Below, one piece after another: positions 1-42,830 of a stretch of 64,000 nt of DNA. How positions within the stretch are numbered: the stretch's first letter is position 1; each line of letters starts with the position of its first letter. Location of the stretch: positions 30,560,835 to 30,624,834 of the forward strand of contig NC_068990.1 of the NCBI RefSeq assembly GCF_001194135.2, given 5' to 3'. This stretch comes from Octopus bimaculoides. Lineage: Eukaryota. A model generated the notes under the pieces. That model had not been told where the DNA came from. It did not search any database and worked only from the letters and a program-made list of their open reading frames with translations. Both the position numbers and the translations under genes were made by a program.

Positions 1-73
1 TCTATATTCTTATACATATCTATATTTCTTTATATATGCATATTTATATGTATACATATATATGTGTGTGTGT

Positions 74-138
<65 letters not shown>

Positions 139-324
139 NNNNNNNNNNNNNNNNNNNNNNNNNNNNNNNNNNNNNNNNNNNNNNNNNNNNNNNNNNNNNN
201 NNNNNNNNNNNNNNNNNNNNNNNNNNNNNNNNNNNNNNNNNNNNNNNNNNNNNNNNNNNNNNNNNNNNNNNNNNNNNNNNNNNNNNNNNNNNNNNNNNNN
301 NNNNNNNNNNNNNNNNNNNNNNNN
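139..324. other. Assembly gap (N)
   Basis: N run between CA and TA microsatellites. Confidence 1.
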
Positions 325-359
<35 letters not shown>

Positions 360-408
360 AACACATATATCTGTGTGTGTATGTGTGTGTGTGTATATAT
401 ATATATAT

Positions 409-840
409 CATCATCATCATCATCATTTAACGTCTGCCTTCCATGCTAGCATGGGTTGGACGATTTAACTGAGGACTAGCGAACCAGATGGCTACACCAG
501 GCTCCAATCTGATTTGGTAGATTTTCTACAGCTGGATGCACTTCCTAATGCCAACCACTCCGAGAGTGTAATGGGTGCTTTTACGTGCCACCAGCACAAA
601 GGCCAGTCAGGCCGTACTGGCAATGGCCGTGCTCAAAATGGTGTATTTTACGTGCCACCTGCACAGGAGCTAGTCCAGCAGCACTGGCAACAATCTCGCT
701 CGAATGTTTTTTCACATGCCACAGGCACAAGTGCCAGTAAGGCGACGCTGGTAATGATCACGCTCAAATAGTGCTATTTACGTGCCACTGGCATGGAAGC
801 CAGACAGCTGCTTTGGCAACGATCATGCTCGGATGGTGCT
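409..840 (-). mobile_element. SINE-like element with (GAT)n tail and four internal ~65-bp tandem units
   Basis: Same body recurs at about 7211-7506, 19530-19800, 28605-28980, 31410-31677, 34735-34915, 43155-43380 and 48230-48548; its 3' part is shared with the RTE LINE ends in this window. Confidence 0.75.
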
Positions 841-849
841 CTTCTTTCT

Positions 850-884
<35 letters not shown>

Positions 885-893
<9 letters not shown>

Positions 894-1090
894 CAGTATA
901 TATATAGAAATACCGGAGTTAGCACATAAATGTGAAGCAAGGTGGAAAAAAGTGTACTCAAATACCAGAGGTAGAGTAATATGATTTATTTAAAAGCAAC
1001 AGAAATATAACAAAAGCTGTTACTCAGAGTTTCACGTTCTCGTTCGTCGGACAGTTTTGTTAAAATAGAACAGAAATAACGATATGATAA
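885..1090 (-). mobile_element. Possible Penelope-like element terminal remnant
   Basis: ctgtccgacgaacgagaacgtgaaactctgagtaac on the - strand resembles Penelope-type termini (pattern recall only). Confidence 0.3.
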
Positions 1091-2247
1091 AAACTAGTTA
1101 GAGGATATACCTTTAAAAATAGATTTGTTTCATTGGTCCTTTTAATTAACGGTCTTAAGCATGCAATGAACAAAATAAACAAAATAAATTAATTCAATAT
1201 AAATTCATCGTATTATAAAAATCGAGGAAAACCTTAAATCGAAGAGCGGATTCAAAATACATAATTGCAAATAATTATATACGAAATATAATTCAATTAA
1301 TACATTAAAAATTAAAATTAAAATTAAAATTTTCATGCTGCATTACATAAATATTTTACAACAGTATATACGCATACTAAACAATCTATAATATACATAT
1401 ATACATCAAAATACACAGATGGATGCATTCAAACTACATACATATACAGGCATATATATTTAAGACATAAATATACACACAAATACACATATACATATGT
1501 ATACATATGTATGCAATCATGCTCGCATGCAAAAATCACTTCAAGATGGTGCCCCAGCATGGCCATAGTCCAATGACTAAAACCAGTAAAAGGCAACTCC
1601 ACTGTGGGCGGGGGCGGAGGTCAAGCACTGAGTTAAATGTTTTTCAGATTTTCAAGAGATGCTGTAGTTTTTACTTTCAGCATAAAACAAATAATTAATT
1701 TCAAGCTAATTTTTAACTGTAACCTTGCCTAACAATAATGGAATTATTTTTAATTGGATGTCAAACACAATTATAAAATTTATAGGTCAACTGAAGACCC
1801 TAGGCAATGTTTTCTCCTGCCAACCCTTTCTCCACCCCCTTAAAGACACATGCATGAGTTACTCCCAGGAGTAAATCATGCGTGTGTATATTTCTTACAA
1901 TATGCTTTTTTTCCCTTCTTTCTTCTTTTTTTTTCTCTCTCTCTTTCTTTCTTTCTGCCAAGTCCTTTAAAGGACTTCTTGGTGCCTACTTGGACCCTTC
2001 CCTTCACTCATCTTACAAGTACTTAATGGTTTTGAGATCAAAGATGAGGGTAAATCATTGAGTGGAAATATTTCAATATCTGGGTAGGTTGGTCAATGTT
2101 TGCATCAACCTTCATTTCGGGGGCTGAAAACAGTTCACCACCCACCCACTTACTCTTCTTAACAAGTTCACAACCTTAGAACAGCTTCTGCCAGATTCTT
2201 CATGGACAAGGAACAAAGGTGTAAATTTTTTGTGATGTTTTAGATGG

Positions 2248-2605
2248 AGCAGGCATACCATTGGCAGAGAAATGGGTAGAGTAAATGATGGAGGTAGTCA
2301 GTGTGTGACAGAATAATGAAGCTTACACTAGTTTTGGGTAATGTAACTTCAACCAATTCTTTGTATATGCTCCAAAATCTGAATTGGCAGATGAACTGAA
2401 GGACCAGTTCTACAAGGCCTTCGTGCAGACTACGTTGACAACACATGATAATGATCTTATTATCATGGCTGGTGACTTCAATGAACACGAGCAACACTCT
2501 GATCGTTCGAGGAGCCAGGAGGGAACAAAGCTATTGGAATTCTGTGATGCTAATCCGCAACACTAACTTCAAGAAATCAACCAACTTCTTGATCACCTTT
2601 CAAGC
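2248..2605 (+). mobile_element. Decayed RTE-clade LINE fragment, AP-endonuclease domain
   Basis: Translates to ...YAPKSELADELKDQFY...IIMAGDFNEH...EGTKLLEFCDAN...NTNFKK with stops and frameshifts. Confidence 0.85.
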
Positions 2606-2682
2606 TACTACTACTACTACTACTACTAACATTACCACCTCCACCACCACTGCTATTATTGCTGCCGTTGCTTTTCCCACAG

Positions 2683-34471
<31,789 letters not shown>

Positions 34472-35904
34472 ACAAAGAATTTATGCCAAGTGACACTATG
34501 GATGACAGGAAACTAATGTCAGCAGCATTGGCACCAACTTCACTGACAACAGACATCAAAATGTACCAATAAACATATTATCATCACCACCACCACCATC
34601 ATTAGTCACTATAACCACCACTACAGCTACATATAACACAGACACACACACATACAGATATAGGTTGGTTGAATAAACAGCCACAAACTCAATACATAAG
34701 TTTCTTTATATTTTTATTAAAAATACTGTATCATCAAAATCATCATTTAACATCTGTTTTCTATGCTGGCATGGGTTGGACGGTTTGACAGGAGCAATGC
34801 AAGCTGGACAACCACAACAGATTCCATTGTCTGCTTTGACATGGCTTCTACGGCTGGATGCTTTTTCTAATACCAACCACTTTGCAGTGTACTGGGTACT
34901 TTTTGTGGCACCAGCACACACACACACACATATACCATTTAATGTACACCATATTGAAATAAAAGCTACCAATAGTTTCTTGCCATTGAGACATATGGTT
35001 CGGCAGATTTTTATAACATACCTTGTGTCTCCAAGCAATTTGTCCATATGCTCATATTTGCTGAAAATTTTGGATCTGAAATTAGTATAGTGAAAGCATA
35101 TGGACAAATTTCTTTTGTCAAACTGGAGGACACCATCCTCTCTGGATTGAGTAGCTGTCTCATGGACTTTCAACTCCTCTCCATTTATTAGCTTAATCAC
35201 AATTTCTACAATCAAAGGGGATGTAACCTTAATGTTCTTTTCTTGCCTTTTTGTTTTCTGTTTATTCACCCTTTATCTTCTAAATCCACTTTTTGCATTG
35301 ACCTTCTTGTTTTTTCTCATGGTCTGAAACTGTATACTTTAGAAAATTGGTGTAGTCAATTAAAATGACCTCAATGTATGACTGGTATTAATAACAACAG
35401 AAACAGAAAACAAGGAAAAAAAGCAAATTTTAAAATTATTTTTTTGAAAGTTTATTTCTACACAAATTGACATCAAACATGTTCTTCTGCATGTGTGTGT
35501 CTGTATTTACATATTGACAGATGTACATAAATACTTGGAGAGAGAGAGGTGGGGATTAAGAATTAATACAGACTGGGTGACCTATACAAAAAGTATAGAA
35601 AGAGGCATTGACAACCAGACACACACACACTCACAAACGTTTGTGCATGCATCGAGATATGCACTGACGCTGACGTACACACTGAGCTGACATGAATTCC
35701 CATCCCTGCCTTGATCCCTGCCAGCTTCCTCTCATCCGTCTCATTCTAAAATGTCGTCGTCGTCGTCATCACTCCAACAAATATACTCTACTTTTAGAGC
35801 AGACAGATGAGAATTTAAAAATATATACACAGACACGCCAAAAAAAGTTTTTTCATTGAAAAAAAAAAATGAAATAAAAAAGCAAAAAGTGTCTTTTACC
35901 GACA

Positions 35905-36350
35905 TTTGGCAGGAAGCATTATCCCTGTGTTGTCAATCAACGCTTGGCAGGAAATCTTATTCCCGTCACCAATAAAAACCATTTTTGATAGGAGGAAGCA
36001 TTATCCCTATGTTACCAACCAAAATTTGACATGAGGAAGAGTTATCCCTGTTGCCAATCAGCATTAGATAGGAGGCAGTGTTATTTCTGTGTTACAAATC
36101 ACCATTTTTTTTTTTGGAGGATGGGTTAACCATCAGTTGCCAATCAATATTAGAGAGAAGAAAATGTTATCCCTGTTTTGCCCACCAATTTTACACAAAA
36201 GGAAAAGTTATCCTTGTATTACCAATCAACATCAAATATGAAGATGTGTTCCCAACAAACATTTTGCCCAGTGATATCCCTGTGTCACCAAATGTTATCC
36301 CAAATGATTAATACATGCCACTGCTGTATCACCAATCAACAAATTACAGA
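35905..36350. repeat. Degenerate ~41-bp tandem array, core AGGAAGnnTTATCCCTG(t)nTTnCCAATCA
   Basis: Units start at about 35911, 35949, 35993, 36034, 36073, 36118, 36159 and 36200, with further partial units. Confidence 0.8.
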
Positions 36351-39300
36351 AAGTTTGTTCCCAATATTATAAACCGATACGTTTTGTGTAACAAATATTT
36401 GTTCCAGTACAGCCGAGCATTACCTGGCAGAAACTATTTGATACAGGTGTAGTAAGAGCAGCTTCTCATTGTTCTGGCTCTTGACTTTAATATCGGGAGG
36501 GACAAAAACAAGAAAAAAAGAAAGCATCCTTAAAGCCCTTAAGCATTTATCATGGAGTCCCTAGAGACTTCACAAAACTAAAAAGTTACTAAATATTGTT
36601 GTTATATTTCACCAATCACTCTGATTTCTATCTTGTTGTCTCCACTAGAGTTGAATTTCTAATATCAGTTTCAAATTTTGGCATCAAGGCCAGCAGTTTT
36701 GGGGAAGGGGATAAGTCAATTACATGGACCCCGAAAGGATGGAAAGTAAAGTGAACCCCAACTGCATTTGAACTCAGAACACAAAGACAGACAAAATACC
36801 GGGAAGCATTTTGCTCGGCCTACTAATGATTCTGGTAGCTCATCACCTGAAATTCAGTTACTAATATTGATCAGCCTTCAATAATCAATGAACTTTAAAT
36901 CTATTGTGCTTTTATAATGTTACTGCTCAATCTTCAAACAGTTGTAGCGCTAATAAAGCTGGCAAGAGACAATAACAACACAATACATAAAACAACAAAC
37001 AAATCAACTGTAAAGTTTACAACAAAATAGATTTTCATACACAATTATCTCCTTACATAGTTTACCTTCCAATATAATTAATTCCTTACATAGTTTACCT
37101 CTTAAAATTAATCACCTTCCAATATAATTAATTCCTTACATAATTACCATTACACCAACAAATGGAAACTACAGATGAACCTAAATCTGTCCCTTTAATG
37201 GCCCCCAAAAACTTGTGCTATATGTTCGGGATTCCTTCTTCAAGATTCGGTTTTAAACATGAAAATACACTTCGTGATATTAAACATTCCTTTTTATTTC
37301 TTATACTGTTACGATGCTAATATATAAACGCCAAAATGCAAATGAGCTGATTTCTCTTATAAACAAAGCTGTAACCATTGCCTCTATAGCTTGTGATCTC
37401 TTGGAATAACAGTAGCAGAATCAAGCAAAGGCACCACACTTGCTTCGTCCCCGGTGCCAGTTTATCAACAATTTGGAAAATATTCTCACAAATCATTCCA
37501 TACACACTTCAATATAATTTTCTACATTTATGCACAATTCTGTAGCACACCTGAGCACTGGAGACAAAAAAATATCATCATCACCACCATTATTCTTTTC
37601 TACTCTAGGCACAAGGCCTGAAATTTTTGTGGGGAGGGGCTAGGCAATTAGATCGACCCCAGTGCGCAACTGGTACTTAATTGATCAAACCCAAAAGGAT
37701 GAAAGGCAAAGTCAACTTCAGCAGAATTTGAACTCAGAACATAGCAACAGGTGAAATAGTGCTAAACATTTCGCCCAGCGAGCTAACGTTTCTGCCAGTT
37801 CAACGCCTTATCACCACCATTATTATTATTATGATTATTATTAGGTTGATGTTAATAATTTGTTCATATCTTCATAATCATGATTGGAGATTATTACTTT
37901 GTCGTCGCATATATTTACAAGCTAAAACTCATCTGGCTGTTCGTGTTCATGTGAATATATGTATGTGTGGAGTTAGAGTGTGATGCAACAATAACATAAT
38001 GAATGACTAAAATATTAAATCATTAAGGAGGGGGGCAGTGTAGTTTGTTTCAAACTACACTCCCCCCTCCTTACAAACACATTCAAATTGGCAAGAATTT
38101 AATAAGAAAACAAATTCATTTATAAATGTATTTTGTATTTACACAAGTTTACAGGGTAGGATAAGGGTATATTTTATTGAACAACCTTAAGGTAGTTCCA
38201 TATTTAAGGACAAATAATTGCAAATAGCCTGATGGTTACTTAACATTATTCTAAAACAAACACTGTCATACAGTCATACATGCAAACATACAAAGTTAGA
38301 TGTTATACTCTCACATATCCCAACTCTGCAACACACCACACCATCCTACCCTAGATCTTCTTCCGCTATAGGGTTCATTACATCCAAGACACACTATAAC
38401 GCCCCGACCCCACCCCACCCACTCAAATACCATAATAAATTTTACTCTATGTCCATACTACAAGATATCTGCCTACCTTTCCTTGTACTACCTATCTTTA
38501 AAATTTGAGCTAAGAACTGTTAAGGTCATCTCATCCCATTCATCTCCCAGTTTGTCACTTCCAGATTCCTTACCAAAGACATTCTATATTTAAAGAACTC
38601 CACAAGTTGTTGCCCCATATTTGGTTTCACTATGAAAATGGCAATTTTTTTTTAAAAAAAGAGTGAGTGTAGTTGATTGGTGCAACATTGGTATTGTTAC
38701 TCATCGTTTCTGGAGGGAACAGAAAAACAAAGCTCCTTTTTAATGGATTTGAACAAATTTTAAATGACACATGCCTGCCTCTAAGTATGAAAGAGAACAA
38801 AACAAATGATAGACTGACTCCTCAAGTTGGAGATGATGAAAATATTCAAGGACAGGTTCATCTCTGTATGAAAAGACAACCAAAGCTGTTCCAGTAAAAG
38901 TTCTACCATATATTTCCATTTGTAAATTGTAGGAGAGCATGCCTCAAAATGAACACAACAGCAATGAAAGAAGATAAAGTTCAACTGATATTAAGTCACA
39001 CATTACTTTCCTACATTAACAGGTAGTAAAGGTGAGTTCATTAAACAGAAAAGTGGGAATAGTGTTGGTTTTATCTGTCTGAAGATGTCTCCTTGAAACT
39101 ATTAGGTCGAGTGGGGGTAGGATAGGATCAAATTCATGTGATAGAATGAAAACTACAGGCAGGGGCCCAGGTGCAAGAACCATTCCTATTATTACTTGAT
39201 GTAGGGTTGTGAGATATGTAGACATACTGGGAATTCTCATTAAGTTACCACAGCCAAATAGTTGTGAGGTTAGTGCTGGGAAACAGTGCAAGACCAATGG

Positions 39301-41204
39301 TAATGGAAATATTTAAAAAAAACAAAAAAACAGGTTGTCAAATTTTTGCCTTGGTTTTTACACATTCAAAGTAGACATCAATTCAAGCAGACAAAAGCCT
39401 ATGTGTGTGTGTGTGTGTAATCACAGTCACACATACATGCATGTTTTGGGATAGTTGCAAAGCTAATAGAATGTACCAAGTGCACACACCCAAAGCGTGA
39501 AGAAAAATTTTTTTTTATGAAACAAGAATAGAATAAAAATATTGAAGAGATGAAGATTATAGTTGTTGATGATGATAGGAAAGAAAAATTTGCAGAATAA
39601 TAGAGTGAGAGCTACAAAAAAGAAGAAAAGGATTAAGACATGTTTGAAATGTGTTGTGTTAAAGAAAATGTGCTGCAAATAAAGGAATAAGTTGATGGGG
39701 AAAGAAAAGGTTGTACGAGAAGAATCCATCAAAGAAGCCTGGGAAATATTTCCAGGGAAAGAAGTGAACTGACTGAACAATAGAGAGAAATAATAAAAGA
39801 GGAGAAATAAAATATTTAAACTAAGGAAGATTTTAAAAAGATTTTATTTCAAATTTCAGTAAAATAACCAAACTAATCGTTCAGCAATGTGTGTGTGTGT
39901 GTACTCTCTCACCAATATTTACAAATAAGTGTTCCACTTGGAGTTGCAACTACCTAGTCACTGATTTAGTGCTTGTAGTTGAGTATTCCAACAAACACTG
40001 GTAGCCTCAATAATATAACCCCCAGCTCCCAAGCAAATGCAGAGTGACAAGGATGGACCCTTAAATTTACATGTGCAGCCCATCCCCCCAGTTAGCAATT
40101 ATCCAGTTCCACTGACAAGGTTTTGGTAGAAAAACACTTGTTCACAGTGACATGCAGTGAGATGGAACCTGAAACAAATAGAACCAACACACAACCATTC
40201 GTGCAAGAAACATCCACACACACACACTCACACATAACGTAAAGGAATAGGGATTTGGAATCTGGACAGGAACCCTGTTAGTACTCTGATACAATCCAGA
40301 CCTGACCAACCACATTGACTGACAGGAAATATATAGAATTGTTCACGATAAACAATTACACAACTATACGCTAGATCAAAGGACGACATTAGGACACTTA
40401 TGCAGGAGAAACACGTGTCGGATTGGAATTTCATGAAAATAATACTGTAATAACCAAGTTTTTCAAATGTATAACTCTCCATTTTCCTTTTATGATGGCC
40501 TGTGTGTATACACACACACACATTTGTTGTGAGGGACAGAAGCAGTTTTAGCTCAAAACAGTAGTCTGTGTTTTATATCAAAAGCAACTCTGTTTGTACA
40601 TGGTTGGCAGAGAATATTTGTTACTGACTGAGCTCAGACAGAAACAGACATATTTAGCAACGTCACCACCACCGTTGCTGCTGTTGGACAAGTGTTGTCT
40701 GCTACTGATAGATTTCTGTGATTTTTTAACACTGTATGTCTATAAGAGATGCTTTCGCAAGACAAATACCACAGTTTATCAGGCTTTCAACAATCGACCT
40801 GCATTAAGTATGACACACAGATTGAGATTTATAATGGATCTTTTATCTTTTCTTTGTTTTAGTCATTAGACTGTGGCCATGCTGGGGCACCACCTCAAAT
40901 TTAAGTTGAATGAATTAACCCCAGTACTTAAATTTTTAAAACCTGATATTTATTCTATTGGTCTCTTTTGCCAAACTGCTAAGTTATGGGGATGTAAACA
41001 CACAAACACTGGTTGTCAAGAGGTGGTGGAGGACAAACACACACAAATCAGGCTTCTTTCAGTTTCTGTCTACCAAATCGACTCACAAGATCCAAGGCTA
41101 TAGAAGAAAACACCTGCCCAGGATGTCATGCTGTGGGACTGAACCCAGAACCATGTAGTTGGGAAGCAAACTTCTTACCATGCCTGTGCCTGTATATGTG
41201 TGTA

Positions 41205-41423
41205 TACAGGTTGTTCAAAAAGTCTCTCCGCAGTAAGTATTTTATAGCCAAATAAATATTTATAAGATGGTATAAAGACTACAAAAGAATATATTAGACT
41301 TTACAAGACTTTAAAACAACTTTATAAGAAGTGTTGAAAGTGTTGTCCTTCATTTTCAATACATAAGTTGAATCTTATAAAAAATTTTTTAAATCACTGC
41401 AGAGAGACTTTTTGAACACCCTA
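41205..41423. mobile_element. Tc1/mariner-type MITE, about 217 bp
   Basis: About 28-bp terminal inverted repeats AGG(T/G)TGTTCAAAAAGTCTCTC(C/T)GCAGT in TA context. Confidence 0.85.
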
Positions 41424-41879
41424 TATATATATATATGATGTATATGCCTTCATTATATTAGTATGTACATGGGGTTATTTGCACACATACACACACTTAC
41501 GTATTACTATCATTGTCATCCTCACCATTTGTTTAATCTTTCACCTTTCAAACATGTTTATAGGGTTCAACATCCTAAGATCTGACCTTACCACTTCCTT
41601 CCACATTTTCACACACACACACACACACACACAAAGAGGAAATACAAATTACGCATAGATGATTGGCTTTCGCAAAGATAAAACATCGAAGGAAATGGAT
41701 TTAGCGAAAGCTAAAAAAAATGGATAGGTTTCCATCAAGTAAAGATTATAAACGAAGAAAAAATATTAAGAAAAATTATTTCTCACCTGCCATTGCACAA
41801 TTGGAGTAAAAAATAGACTCTTCTGTCTGTTCCCATCAATTAAAGAGAAATAATAATAATTATAACAATATTAATAATA

Positions 41880-42541
41880 GTAATAATAATAATGATAATA
41901 ATAATAGTTTCAAATTTTGGCACAAGGCCAGCAATTTCGGGGGTAGGGGGTAAGTTGATTACATCAACCCCAGTGCTCAACTGGTACTTATTTTATTGAC
42001 TCCGAAAGGATGTAAGGCAAAGTCAACCTTGGCGGCATTTGAACATAAAGACGAACAAAATGCCACTGAGCATCTTGCCTGGTGTGCTAACCATTCTGCC
42101 AGCTTTTGCTGTCTCCTTAATAATCCTTTCTATTATAGGCACAAGGCCTGCAATTTTGGAGGAGGGTGATAGTCAATTACATTGACCCCAGTACTCAACA
42201 GATACTTGTTTTATCAAACTCCTTGAAAGAATGAAAGGCAAAGTTGACCTTGGCTGAATTTGAACTCAGAACATGCAGACAAAATGCTGCTAAGAATTTA
42301 TCCCAGCATGCTAACAATTCTAATAATAATAATCTTTTCTACTCTAGGCNNNNNNNNNNNNNNNNNNNNNNNNNNNNNNNNNNNNNNNNNNNNNNNNNNN
42401 NNNNNNNNNNNNNNNNNNNNNNNNNCCCCGAAAGGATGAAAGGCAAAGTTTACCTTGACGGAATTTGAACTCAGAACGTAAAGACAGACAAAATACTAAG
42501 CATTTCGCCTGGCATGCTAACAATTCTGCCAGCTTGCAGCC

Positions 42542-42592
<51 letters not shown>

Positions 42593-42830
42593 GTTTGAAA
42601 TTTTGATGCAAAGCCAGCAATTTTAGAAGGGAAAGATTCAATTATATCGACTCCATTACTCAGCTGGTGCTTATTTTACTGACAACCCCAAAAGGACAAA
42701 AAGCAAACCAACCTTTGGTGGGATTTGAACCTAGCACATAAAAAGCTGGAAGAAATGCTGCTAAGCATTTATTCCAGCTTGCCTCTTTAATAATAACAAT
42801 AATTATTCTTTTTTAACAGAGGCACAAAGG
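41880..42830 (-). mobile_element. Tandem cluster of (ATT)n-tailed SINEs
   Basis: About five same-orientation copies separated by (AAT)n. Confidence 0.85.
42350..42425. other. Assembly gap (N)
   Basis: N run inside a SINE. Confidence 1.

Noticed and set aside
10-468. ORFs of poly-YI/HT/CV/X, and similar poly-I, M, N, H, S, D ORFs throughout
   Set aside because: Translations of di- and trinucleotide microsatellites and N-gaps; no coding signal
1878-1970. Hydrophobic ORF MRVYISYNMLFFPSFFFFFLSLFLSFCQVL* downstream of GC boxes (1606-1618), as the protease signal exon
   Set aside because: Hydrophobicity comes from a T-rich tract; no phase-1 donor joins it to exon 2683
35905-36350. CRISPR-like repeat-spacer interpretation of the 41-bp array
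   Set aside because: Repeats are degenerate, spacers are short and related to each other, the context is eukaryotic and there are no cas genes
37200-41850. Unique-looking sequence with scattered splice-like signals, including a 9-nt microexon candidate (39023-39031) and - strand donors near 40228 and 41785
   Set aside because: Could not be chained into a phase-consistent, recognisable protein; F-rich translations reflect base composition. A gene here is not excluded and needs RNA-seq.
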